A DNA stretch of 64,000 bases, from contig CM059432.1 in assembly GCA_030390025.1 (NCBI GenBank), positions 45,138,001 to 45,202,000 on the forward strand, read 5' to 3'. The translations under genes were made by a program, and so were the position numbers. Origin of the DNA: Squalus acanthias. Lineage: Eukaryota. Positions 49,996 to 62,175 of this stretch are shown here, in pieces. Position 1 is the stretch's first letter, and each line of letters opens with the position of its first letter. The notes under the pieces are model-generated. The model had not been told where the DNA came from, searched no databases, and was given only the letters and a program-made list of their open reading frames with translations.

Positions 49996-52227
49996 GGGCT
50001 AAAAATTCGAGTGTTTTACATCATCCGTTATCGGCATAATTTTGCAAAAACACAGCGGCTGGTGTTCTTTCTCAATCTGATGGCAGATCCCACGGTGTCC
50101 GCTATTTTCTGAGGGCTGGCAGTGCTGCCGATAAAAGCAATAGCCCTGCAAATGTAAATTAGGGAGAGGGTGACGTGCATGCCGACTTACCGTCACCTTG
50201 GCGAACTTGGACCTTAGTGTTGGGTCCTAAGCTTGCCATGACTCACAGAGGTGCTATCAGCACCTCTTAAAAAATCATACACATCTTTCAGGTAAGTTTG
50301 CACTTAAGCTTTAGGACTTTTTTTCGAGTAGTGGCTTGTTGCAATACACGTTAAAAGTTTTTTAAGTGTGCAGGGAGTGCCGCTTGAATGCTTGCAAGGC
50401 CTCGGATGGTAAAGGAAGGCCTCTGAAAAGACAGAAAATGCTGCAAATACTCAGCTGGTCAGGCAACATCCGTTGAGAGAGAAACAGAGTTCATGTCTCA
50501 GGTCAAGATGCTGCCTGACCTTCTGAGCATTTCCAGCATTTTCTGATTTTACTTCAGATTTACATCATCCGCTCACAGAGGGAAGAGGACAATGAAGAAG
50601 AGGAAGACGCAGAAAAGAAAGATGCAGAAGAGAAAGAAACTGAAGAGGAAGAAGCAGAAGATGAGGAAGCAGAAGGAAGGATGCAACCCAGAGAGCCCCA
50701 TTCCGACCAGGATATCCAGGATGGAATCATGTGCCTGCGGTATCAGTGACCACAACCCCAATTCCCCTTTCAACATTTGTCCCACACCTTACTTTCCCTC
50801 TGTTACTGACCATCACAGCGTCCTCTTGGCCATGATGCTGAAATAAAAGCCACCACAAAGCAAACTTTCCAATCCAACTTTATGCATCTATCCATCCAAT
50901 ATGACATCAAGAAATCAACTCATCACCCTTATGCATTCCTTTAGTGATTGTCTTGTGTGTGCCTTTGCCTATCCTACTGATGTCACGCAGTGCTGCCCCA
51001 GTGGCTGCAGCATGGCTGGTAGAAGGCTGCTGACTTTCAGAGGGGGACACTGCAAATGGCGTTGCTGGTCGACCTTGAAGAGCTGGTGGCTGGGAGTGTC
51101 AAATAGAGTGACGGTGTTTCTTTGTCTTCTTCTTCTTCTTCACTCTCCTCTCCCTCTTCTTGTTGGCCCACTGGCTGGGCAGGCTGCATTTCTTGGGTGT
51201 GTGAAATGAGGAAGGCACAAAGGTGGAGTTGTGGTGAGGGGAGGGCAGGAAAGCAAGAGGTGCACGCGAGAAGGAGGATAAAGTATGAGAATACCAGCAT
51301 CTTGTATCCTTTCAGCCCCGCCGCTGGCCAAGGGCTCAGCTATGCCCCTGTCAAAAATGGCCAGCACCGTCGCCTCCGAGGGGGTGAGGTGAAGCTAGGA
51401 ATGGGAGATGTGCCTCGTGTTTGGTAGATTGTTGGTAGGTGAGTGATTGGGCGGGGGAGTCGTGCATTGAGCAGTGTGTGAGGCTAGTGGTGCAGTTGGT
51501 CGGAGATGGCTTTTGAAGTTGCATTCACTGACCTTGACCACTGTTCTGAGGTCATGAAGCTTCTTTGGGCACTGGAGCCAGGTGGTGGGGGCGACACTGC
51601 TGGCATATCTTTCTTTCTGGGGCGCCTCCTGGCCCCTGTGGGTAGAGGACCTCTCTTGCAGTGTTGACCTGCTGCACAAAGCTGCAGTGCTGCGTGCGAG
51701 ACCCTGGGTGGCCCTTCCCTGGCTTGCTAAGTCATATGTGTTAGTGCTGAAGCACTTTCCCATATTTTTTTTAGCTGTGGAAGGGAATTCAGCTTTAAGA
51801 GTTGAAGACTCCCATTTGGGAATTTGTTTTCATATGTTAATTTTTTTTCAGAAGGCAGTTGAGCTGTAATGGCTGAAAACTGCATATTTTTACATCATTT
51901 TTATTTTTATCATTTCAGAAGGCATTGCCCTTTTAAAACAACGACACTGCATTGCGCTTTTATCATCCCACAATTCTTTGCAAAATCACAGCCTCGCTTT
52001 CAGAGGCTGTTGGAAGATGCAATGCTGTTTGTGGACGCCACATTGGGGCCTGATGCCAGGACGAACGCCACAGGAGGGCGTTACACGGTCAGTTCAGTGC
52101 TGGGCTAATAATCATTAGTCCCCAGCACGAATTCTTCACTCCTACCGGCGCCACCATTATCGGCGGCGGTTAACCCGCGGCCGCAGTGGCACAGGCAGCT
52201 TTCGTGTCGCACTCAAATTTTTAGGCC
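49996..52227. mobile_element. Deleted Harbinger carrying an acidic transposase tail (+), a degenerate Myb gene (-) and inverted Penelope ends (50425-50572)
   Basis: TIRs GGGCTAAAAATTCGAGTG / CACTCAAATTTTTAGGCC; TWLQCPKKLHDLRTVVK; 50575-51870 matches 20480-21780. Confidence 0.8.
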
Positions 52228-52767
52228 TCTATGTCTATTCAATAGACACCCAACAGTTCGAGAAGCGTTTCCACTTTAAATGATCCATAGCCTGTACCGA
52301 ACCAATACATGCATCTAGCAAGAATAATTTAATGTTACCACTTTCCCCATCTGCTTTTACTTTTGCATATATATTTCAAATGATCTAAACAGTATAGAGG
52401 GATCTTGTCTACCACAATGCTTGTCATTACATGAAGCATTTGTAATATTTCCGATTCAGTACTGAAATAATTTAATGAAGAAAACAGGTTGGCAATTAAA
52501 TTATGATGTAAAAATTTAAATACTTTAATAGTAATAAAACACCATTACTGATGTAATATGCTTATGGGAGAATTTAAGTGAATAACGATGTAAGTAGGGA
52601 ATCTCAAAACAAAAAAAAAATCTTGAAATTCAGTAGAGGGGAAATGGCGAACCAGCTGGCATGGAAAACAGCAAATTCTATTCTGACTTTTAAAAAAGAA
52701 GTTTATTTCTGAGAGTCATATGATGTAATGGGAAAAATTGGATTATATCATAAAAGAAACACTTCAA

Positions 52768-53552
52768 CATAGAAACATAGAAACATAGAAGATAGGAGCA
52801 GGAGTAGGCCATTCGGCCCATCGAGCCTGTTCCGCCATTTAATGAGATCATGGCTGATCATCCCAATTCAGTACCCTGTCCCTGCTTTCTCCCAATATCC
52901 CTTGATCCGTTTAGCCTTAAGAAATATATCTAACTCCTTCTTGAATATATTTAATGAATTGGCCTCAACTGCCTTCTGTGGTAGAGAATTCCACAGGTTC
53001 ACCACTCTCTGGGTGAAGAAATTCTTCCTTATCTCAGTCCTAAATGGCTTACCCCTTATCCTTAGATTATGACCCCTGGTTCTGGACTCCCCCGCCATCG
53101 GGAACATCCTTCCTGCATCTAGTCTGTCTAGTCCTGTTAGAATTTTATAAGTTTCAATGAGATCCTCTCTCATTCTTCTAAACTCTAGCGAATACAAGCC
53201 CAATCGACCCAATCTCTCTTCATACGTCATTCCTGCCATCCCAGGTATCAGTCTGGTGAATCTTCGCTGCACTCCCTCCATGGCAAAAACATCCTTCCTC
53301 AGATAAGGCGACCAAAACTGCACACAATACTCAAGGTGTGGTCTCACCAAGGCCCTGTACAACTGCAGCAAGACATCCTTGCTCCTGTACTCGAATCCTC
53401 TCGCTATGAAGGCCAACATACCATTTGCCTTCTTAACCGCCTGCTGCACCTGTATGCTTACCTTCAGCGACTGGTGCACAAGGACACCCAGGTCTTGTTG
53501 CACTTCCCCTTTTCCCAATCTATTGCCGTTCAGATAATAATCTGCCTTCCTA
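52768..53552 (-). mobile_element. 5'-truncated CR1 with complete 3' end
   Basis: ORF 52868..53599; (CATAGAAA)n tail. Confidence 0.93.
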
Positions 53553-53944
53553 TTCAAAAAATATCTATGAGATGCAACAGCTAACATGAGTTTATGCATA
53601 CAGAATTAATAGATTCCTGACAGCAATAGTCAATGGGGTTGATGCCATTGTTGGAAGGATTTGTACAATTCCTAAAAGAATTTCAGGTGGACTTGATGGA
53701 CTATTCTCATTGCTGCTTTGCTATGTTCTTGTGTAGCTGTCGACCTGTCACAAGCACACAATCCATGGACTGTTCCCATCCTACTGCTGTAAGTGATGAT
53801 GATGATTATGAAACTAAAAATATAGACAATGCTGAACCTGAATGTAGGAATCAAATTTAATGTGGGCAGCAGAAGTGGGGTATGACATATGTATAAATAG
53901 TCGAGGATGCCTCGATCATTCCTAACAATGCAGTTAAAGAAACA

Positions 53945-54010
53945 ATGTGCCTTGGGACATTTTACTACGTTAAGGGTGTTATATAAATACAAGTTGTTGT
54001 TGTTGTTGTT
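53945..54010 (+). repeat. SINE/L2-type 3' tail with (TTG)n
   Basis: GCCTTGGGACATTTTACTACGTTAAGGGTGTTATATAAATACAAG followed by (TTG)n. Confidence 0.55.
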
Positions 54011-54364
54011 TCAACCTCCATATTATCAAAAGAAGCAACGTTCTACACATTAACCTAGACTTAATATGCATCATTTGGAGGAACTTAGGCTGCAATTTTC
54101 CCAGTGGAGGCAGGTTGGAGTCGGGTTGGAGTTTGGTTGGAGTCGGGTTAGCTGGTCACCGGGTTCCAGTCCCGCTGCCGGTTTCAGCCACTCTGAAATA
54201 AGGATTTTCATTTAACTGGGGTTATTAAGCTTGCCGTGCGCGCTACCCGGCCCAATCAGTGGGTGTAGGTGTGCTGCTCGCCTCTGCTGACGTCTTCGAT
54301 TCAGGTGCATGTAAGGGGCCCATGTAGCCGATGGATTTCATTTCCTTTCTGATGCTCCTGATAA

Positions 54365-56265
54365 CTGGTCTTTGGAAGCAAAGGCTGTTCCTCAATTTGA
54401 TGATGACTCCCTCCGTGCTCTTGTGGAGGGAGTAAGAGGGCGCTAGGAGGTTCTGTTCCCTCCCAATGGCCGGAGGAAGCCTCCTCAGCACACAAAGGCA
54501 GCCTGGCTGCAAATTGCTGAGGAGGTAAGTGCTAGGTCACTGTGTTCACGCACCTGGGTGCAGAGCAGAAAAAGGTTCAATGAATTGCTACGCTCAGCAA
54601 AAGTGAGTATAACATCACACTTACCTTCAATCTGGTGATCTCTTCTCATCACCAGCACTTTGCATTGTCAACCTACTCCTCCACATCCCAACTTACCCTT
54701 GCACCCTTAACTATCCCTCTCTCTTTATGTACAGAATCACTTCACCATCCTGCTATGCACCCCTCACACTCACTCTCACTGTTATGCAATGAAAACAACT
54801 AACAATGCACAGGGAGGCTCCTTGGTATAGGCACCTCACTCCATCTTTGTCTCCCTCTGAGCATTTATGTTATGGATTCTTTACACTCACTCTATCAATC
54901 TCGCTGAAACTCCACTTGTGTCCCTCATTGCAGGATAAGAGAGCCCACAATAAGAGGGAGAGGGACAGGACAGGAGGAGGCCCAACTTCGATGACGCATT
55001 TAACAAACGCTGAGGAGGCTGCTCTCGACATCGTTGGAGGTGCAGAGGAGCTGGAAGTGGGGGACGGAGACACGGGCACAGTAGAGCAAGCTGGTGACAG
55101 AATAGAATTGCAACCCTCTCATTTAAATTTCATGAATGACTGAGATGGCATTTGATGTTCATAGAGATTGACTTCTGATCATCTGCACAATAGGATGTGT
55201 CTGCTACCTAAATATCACACTTCTAACTCATGCCTTTACTCTCCCACAGAACCATCGAGAGCCCCCCTCCCCACTGACCAGGAGGAAGAGCCGGACGACT
55301 CCTCAGAGGAACCTGCAGCCTCTGAGGGTTTAGTGTCAGCAGAAATGAGCGCACCCAGCACCAGCGCAGAGACGCACACCTCGGTGGGTCATTCGCGACA
55401 TAGAATAGTGCTGTCACCTGGTGTATCACAGCTCACAAGTGAGCATCAGCAGATGGTGGAGACAGGGACAGCAGTGGAGAGTCCTCGTCAGAGGCCGCAG
55501 GGCGCTCCTAGCTCTGCTCAGCTGCATGTAGACCCTGTGCCTCTGGGGCCATCCAGAAAGAGAGCAGTGCTGAAACTTCAGGAAAAAGTGCAGGAGGCTC
55601 TGACAGGGTTTGCCTCCAGGGTAACTGCGAGTGTACAGATAATGGAGGAGTCCATGTCAAACATGAGCAATGCTGTGGTGCACGCAATGGCGAATGTAGG
55701 TGCCGCCATGGAAAGGATCACAACCTCCATGGAGGACATAAATTGCCAGACTCAAATGAACATGGTGCCTCTTCTAAATAGATGGTCTGCTATGGGGGAT
55801 AGATGGGCATCTATTGAGGAGAGGAAACAGAGGTACATGGACATCCCCGTTATGAGGACTGTTAGTACAGAGACGGGTCCTAATGGCCCCACTGATGTGC
55901 AGCAAGATGCTCTCCAGCTATTTGCTAGCAGTGAAGTGTGGGTGACCCATAAGAGGGATGTTGGTGGTCGACAACAAGGAGGTGTGGGCTCCTCTCCAAG
56001 GGCTCACACTCCCATGCCACCGCGGAGCCCTCGGTCATAGCCCCAGATTCCTCACCCAACTGAGATAGACGTCTCAGCCCCTGCACAGCTGCAGGAGGAG
56101 CAGACTGTTGCGGAGCCCTCCCAGCCTCCCAAACCCAGAGGATGCCCACCAAAGGTGTCTAAGCAGGCGCAGCATAGAAGTGAGCAAGGTGCCTCTACAT
56201 CTGCTGAAGCCACAGGGGAAACATCATGTAGAAGCACACGCAAGAGAAAGTTAACACACAAATAG
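54365..56265 (+). pseudogene. Harbinger Myb/SANT-like gene, 3 exons (~54365-54602, 54934-55093, 55250-56265), with stops and no clear ATG
   Basis: Same junctions and 160-nt exon 2 as 37026-39033; TAG in exon 1 and at 56038. Confidence 0.82.
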
Positions 56266-56551
56266 TCACAAGGGTAGTCACTTGGGTGTTTTGATCTCAT
56301 ACAAAGTAACGCTTGTCATCGTGATTTTAAATGTATTAAAGAAATGCGATGGCAAAGATTCAAAGAGTTGGCCTATGTGTGCTCAGAAATGGGAGTTGCA
56401 CAGTGAGGGGTCAGGGCGCCTTTCATCTGTAATGAGCATGGTGAGAGTGATAGGAAACCACAGTTTATCGTACAGATGCTGTATGGTGTGTTAAGAAGGT
56501 CAGCCAGACGTTAATTTCCATGTGCCAGCCACATGCGGTTGATGCGTAAAG

Positions 56552-57822
56552 TTACTCAAATCTGGCATGGATTAGTGTAGCCCTTGCCTCACGGCCAGCA
56601 ATGTGGTCAGGTGCTGGTGGAATTGGCACATCCACCTCCGCAAGGTGTCCCTCATCTGCCGTCTCCTCCTCCACCTCCTGCACCTCCTCCTCCTCCCCCT
56701 CCTCCTCCTCCTCCTCCTCTTCCGGGATGCTCTGTGCTGAGCCACTTGTTCCTCAGGCAGTGCTAAGCCACGCTGCTCTGCGATGTTGTGCAGGGCACAG
56801 CAGACCACGATGATTCTAGAGACCCTGGCTGGTGCATACTGTAGGGCTCCACCAGATCTGTCGAGGCATCTGAATCGCATTTTGAGCAAGCCGATGGTTT
56901 GCTCTATGATGCTTCTGGTGGAAATGTGACTCACATTGTATAGCTCCTCAGCTTCATTTGATGGCCTCCTCATTGGTGTCATTAGCCACTTTTTCAGGGG
57001 ATAGCCCTTGTCTCCAAGTAGCCATCCGGAAAGTTGGGTTGGTGGATTGAAGAGCCGAGGCACAGTAGACTGCCGCAGAATGAACGAGTCATGGCAACTG
57101 CCAGGGAACTTGGTGCAAACATGTATAATGTTCTTCCTGTGGTTACACGCCAGCTGGACGTTAAGGGAGTGGAAGCCTTTGCGGTTGACAAATACAGCTG
57201 GGTTGTGATGAGGTACCGTAATGGCCTCATGTGTGCAGTCTATGATGCCCTGCACCCTTGGCAAGCCAGCCATATTTGCAAAGCCAACTGCATGCGCAGT
57301 TACACTTGCTTCATCCGTGGAGAAGTGAATGTAATTGTGCGACTTTGCAAAGAGGGCATCGATAACCTGCGTGATGCAAGTGTGTGCAGCCGACTGGGAG
57401 ATGTTGCTGATGTCTGCTGCTGATCCCTGGAAGGACCCCAAAGCAAAGAGGTTGAGTGCAGTGGTGACTTTGACAGCCACTGGTAAGGAGTGTCCACCAG
57501 CTCCTCTGGGCTCCAGGTGTTGGTGCAACATTGTGCAGATGTCAGCGACTACCTCTCGCGGAAGTCTCAGCCTCCTTTGGCACTGCTGCTCACTCATGTT
57601 GAGGAAGCTCATCCTCTGCCTGTAAACCCTGTGTTGTGGGTATCTCCTGTGGCGCGGTGCAGCCCTGCGCTGATGCCCTCTGCCCTGTGCAGCATCAGGT
57701 GGGTGAGGAGGAGGTTGGCGCTCCTGTTGTTGCTGCTGCTGTTGTGCCTGGTTCTGCTGCTGCCGCGGCTGCTCTTCCTCTGATTCTGAGGACCAGGATG
57801 AGAGGGGATAAATGGTTCCCAT
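56552..57822 (-). CDS. Harbinger (HARBI1-like) DDE transposase: catalytic core open, frameshift only in the acidic tail near 56725
   Basis: ORF 56572..57837: [40 protein letters not shown]. The alternative frame gives a poly-E tail ending LIHARFE*. Confidence 0.9.
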
Positions 57823-58548
57823 TCCGCTGGTATACATCTCAGTTGAAGAATAGATGTTATGAGCGCTCAGTCAATGTGCGGAGAGGGCTTTCCAAGGAGG
57901 TAGCAGTGCATATGGATCTCAGCTTAAACACTTACAAGCTCAATAGACCTGCAAAATGTGTTCCAAAACCTCAAAACACAAAGTTCTGGCATCTGAAAGT
58001 CAGCCATGTTGCAGGTCCACTTTTATGCTGCAGGAGCAGCTGTCAAGAATTCAGGTAGTTGCTGAACCCGGCACAATCAGCTGGCGTGTTTGTCGCATGA
58101 CGGGCAACATGCAGAAAATGTACTAAAATGGGAAGAGCCAGTAAAAATTGAATTATCGCGGCAGTTAACAAGCTGTTAACTGCCTTAAGTGCCTCTCCCG
58201 CCGTTTGGTGGCGGGTCTGATCAGGACTCGCAGGCCCGACACTTTGCAAAGTTGTGTGGAGGCGGGATGGCGGTGGGTTCGCAACCCGCCATCAATCATT
58301 TGAATTTTAACTCCCGACTCGCCTCCAAACCCGCCCTCTGAGCGCCGGCAAAATCGCGGCCTAAAGTTTCCAAAACATAATTTTATCTCTGCTTAGTAAT
58401 GAGTATGTGATTAACCTATCTGTTTAAGTCCTCAAATCAGAATCAATTTTATAAATGTCTCATGCAATATGTTGTAGAAAGGGAGGATAAGCACTTGAAC
58501 TTCTGACTAAATGTGACCCAGATAACATAAACAGGGGTAAAACACATT

Positions 58549-60291
58549 GGGCCGTATCTTGTGACCCCTACGGGTGCGTACGAGGTGTGTACGTTCCCGT
58601 ACGGGCCGCGCAAGTTCCGGGTTTAGGCATGCAAAGCGCATGCGCTAAAACTCGGAAGTTGCGATCTGTCAAGAATCCTCTTGACAGATCGCCGCATCCC
58701 CAGGAGAAGTAGCACTGCCGGCGCAGATTTGTGCTATTTGGCCAACTACTAGCCAGCAGCTACTGCTCCAATAGATAAAAGCCGGCGTACAGCCTGCATT
58801 CTATCTAAAGAAGCAACAGGAAGAAGACGTGGAAGTCAGGGGGCTGGGAAATGGGGGTGTTTTAGCTTTTAAAGTTAACAAAGTTCTTGGCACAAAGCCT
58901 GATTTAAGTTTTTAACAACTTTAATTTGTTAAATATTTCATTGGTTTTGGATCTTGTTCTGAGCAGTGTAGGTAATTTAAAGAGGAACTTTCGCTGTGGA
59001 CAAGGTAAGCATTCTATTCATAAATAAAAACAGAAGATGCTGGAATACTCAGCAGGTCAGGCAGCGTCTGTGGAGAGAGAAACAGAGTTAACGTTTCAGG
59101 TCGATGACCCTTCTATTCTATTCAATTAGATTTCATTTTTTTTTAAACTTGAAAATGACTGTTTAAAAATGATTTTTTTCACATTTACTAATTATGCCAG
59201 AATATGTGAATGTTTTAAATGTTAACTTCTTTTTATGCTGTTTAAAAATTGTTATGTATGACTTTGTAAAAATTTTAAACGTCTTAGAAACTTGTCTCGG
59301 GCGGTGATATTCATCAGGCGGGTATGACGGGTGGCTGATCCAATCCCGTGTCGCACCACCGCCCGACGTAAATTTCTACCCACTCACTTTATTAATATGA
59401 CTTTTACAACTTTTTCCAGTTTTTCCCTACATGTACTGCATCTATTTAAAGAGGGAGCCTGTGAGGGAGAAACATGCCTCATGACAATGTTGCCCCGATC
59501 TTCTGTGTGATTCTGGCACATAGAATCGAAAACGCCAGGGGACAACAAAGAAGATTGAGGAACCATCACCGTCTCCTGATCAGGAGGAACTACTACCCAC
59601 CCCAGAGAGTGTACAGGGGGAGGCTGTCTTTTGAGATGCTGTCGGAGGAGTTGTGTGTGAGGAGGCTGCGCTTCAGTATAGAGGCAATCGGCCGACTATG
59701 TGGCATGTTAAAGGACAACCTTCAAACACGCTCGAAGACCCGCACTGCCTTGTCAGTGTCCATGAAAGTAACCACAGCATTGAACTTCTTTGCATGCGGG
59801 TGACATTTCGAACATCTCCCAGAGTGCTGCGAGGGCCTGCATTCACCAGGTCACCGATGCCATTTTCCGTAGGGCTTCAGAGTTCATAGACTTCGACTTG
59901 TCCACTCTGCAGCAAAGGGAGAGGCCCTTGCATTTTATAGGATTGCTGGCTTCCCCAAAGTGATTGGGGCCGTTGATGGAACCCATGTTGCATTGAAGGC
60001 ACCAATTGATGTACCTGTGACATACATCAACAGGAAGGGGTATCATTCATTAAATGTTATGATAGTCTGTGATGCGCAACTCAGGATCCTAAACATGAAT
60101 GCAGATCACTGGGGAAGTGCTCATGCCTCCTTCATCCTCCATCACTCGGACTTATATGGCGCACTCAGCACATTGCCTCCAGGATCTGCATGGATATTGG
60201 GTGACAAGGGCTACCCGCTAAAACCGTGGCTGATGACACCATACCGCAGGACAAATAATGAGGCTCAGGAGAGATACAACCAGGCATATGT
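58549..60291 (+). mobile_element. Third Harbinger family: left end plus disrupted transposase, truncated by an LTR-like insertion
   Basis: ATT|GGGCCGTATCTT terminus; nested Penelope end (59022-59112) and MITE remnant (~59293-59381). Confidence 0.8.
59474..60291 (+). pseudogene. Harbinger DDE transposase, frameshifted and 3'-truncated
   Basis: [57 protein letters not shown]. Confidence 0.88.
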
Positions 60292-62063
60292 TGTAAGGGG
60301 TTGCGGCATGCTTGTATCGCAGACGGTGCTGGTACGGGCTTAGGCCTTCGTTGCCTAATACTACTGCTTGCTCTGGTCTCTGGCCAGTCTTGTTGCAATA
60401 AGCACCTGTGAGTGGTTTGACCCACTCGCCGTTACGGTTCTAACACTGGACTTAGGTGCGAGAGCAGTAATGCAGAGAAAAACTCAAATAGACCCGGTTG
60501 AATAGTACGAAATGGAAATCTTTATTGCATAGCGTCCAAAATCATGAAGTACATGTCATAGGCACAAATTAACGAGAGTACAAGTATACATACATTCATA
60601 AAGCTTGGTCTATGGTAATGAAGAACGCACGGCACATCGTAAAAAGGGGAACACATTATACTTTATCCTTAATAAAACCACCCTCCCCTATCAATACCTA
60701 CACTACATCTAGATTTGTAGGATCGGGAAACATGCTCACCACTCGTGATACTTCGGAGAATTTTAAAATGAGGCACTCGGCTCGTTTCGCTGCAGCGCCT
60801 GACTGTCACGTGTTTGGAGGGGTCTCTGTACCCCACTTGTTTATCTTCGCTGCTGCGGCAAGCAGGTTGGGCTCCCCGTTGTCATGAAGAACTCGACAGC
60901 ACTCGGGCCCGGCTGTAGAACTCAAAGAAAAGTCTTCCTGTACCGACACCAGTTGTCGGTAGAATTCAAAGAAGAGTCTTTGACCGGTTCGTGCAATAAC
61001 CTGTAGAGTTCAAGAAATGGGTCTTATATTTTCGGGCGCGGTCGGGGTTTACTGACCGCGGCGGCACGTGGATTCTTCTTCTTCTCTTGTCATTTTGTCT
61101 TGTCTTGTTGGGCCTTCGGGTCCAAACACCGTTTACCGACTCTCGGGACGGTGCACCCCGTCACTTGCCTTCGTCGAGGCGGCTCGTTCCGATTGAGCTC
61201 CACCCAACATTCGAATAACCGTCCAGTGCGGCTAAAGTCCAGAGTCAACAGAGTCCAGAGAAAACACAGAAGGCTGCTCGTCCAGCAGAGCGATACCCGA
61301 GGATCAGAATAGGAGAATAAAAGTTCAGCCCGAGTCAAGAGTCCGCAGAGATAAGAGACCGATGGACATTTGTTCACTATAGTTATAGTGCTGTGTTCCC
61401 TTATCTCCCGCCCAAATCTTAATGTTTGTCCTTTGTGAAATATTGGCGCTCAAAACTCCCAGCATGGGGCGATTCTTGTCTTTAACGGGTTTCGGTAGCA
61501 CCTGAAACTGGCCAACTACCCGTTAATGTTTTCCTCATTGTTGAACCGGCTAGGAGTCTCCCTGGCTGGGTTTTGGGGGCCCCCGAATACTGGTTTAATC
61601 ACCCGAGAATGGCTCTCTCATTGTAGAGCCGTGGGGGTATTTGTGTATTGATGTGTCTGGATGGGCCTTCGATTGCCCAGTACAATGGTCCTTACTTGTG
61701 CATGGAAAACGATTCCAGCATTCATATCTTTTGCTATTGTCACAAATGCAAACAGGTTGCATCCTGTCTTTATCAGTGCTCATCGAGTATGATCCCGTCT
61801 TATATTGAAATGTTTATTCGAACGCCATCTTGTCTGCCCACTGTAATTCTGGAAGCTTCTGCCACGATGCGCAGCGGCCATTTTACAGGCTTCTGTGTCC
61901 TTTATATCATGACAGCATTTTGTTTAAATAAACTGATCAAACGAATCTGCTTCTCTCTCGTTATTTTGAATCGCGATAATTGCGAAACTTTACAATGTGT
62001 CCACACAGCAAGTGGTGGAGAGGACAATCGGGGTTCTGAAAATGGATTGTGCAAAAGGTGACA
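60292..62063 (-). mobile_element. Probable long LTR (~1.77 kb) of an LTR retrotransposon or ERV
   Basis: Abruptly interrupts the transposase; TGT...ACA ends. Minus strand has a GC box, GATA and TATA (61383-61413), AATAAA (60521-60526) and a purine-rich tract just upstream. No matching TSD. Confidence 0.55.
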
Positions 62064-62175
62064 CCCTACTGTCTCCTGCGCTTTTGCCTTCCCCGTGACT
62101 AGAGCCCTCTCATGCCAAGTGAACTTCTGTCCAAGCGGAAGTAAAGAAATGGCAGAGAAATTAAACAAATACTTT

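Larger units (their letters stand above)
54088..58361. mobile_element. Full-length two-gene Harbinger transposon (4274 bp)
   Basis: TIRs GGCTGCAATTTT / AAAATCGCGGCC; flanks TTA/TAA; convergent Myb and transposase genes. Confidence 0.93.

Noticed and set aside
50592..50846. Lys/Arg-rich ORF MKKRKTQKRK..
   Set aside because: Off-frame reading of the GAA/GAG acidic tail of a Harbinger transposase.
56572..56725. Poly-Arg C-terminus of the 421-aa transposase ORF
   Set aside because: Frameshift product; the sister copy at 16497-16525 shows poly-Glu.
56552..57822. Host HARBI1 or NAIF1/MSANTD gene
   Set aside because: Enclosed by TIRs, multi-copy and decaying, so these are transposon copies, not domesticated genes.
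60914..61025. CRISPR-like spaced repeats
   Set aside because: Only three imperfect units, eukaryotic context, no cas genes.
61648..62061. 137-aa ORF as a viral accessory gene in the putative LTR
   Set aside because: Opposite strand to the inferred LTR polarity, non-ATG start, no recognisable motif.
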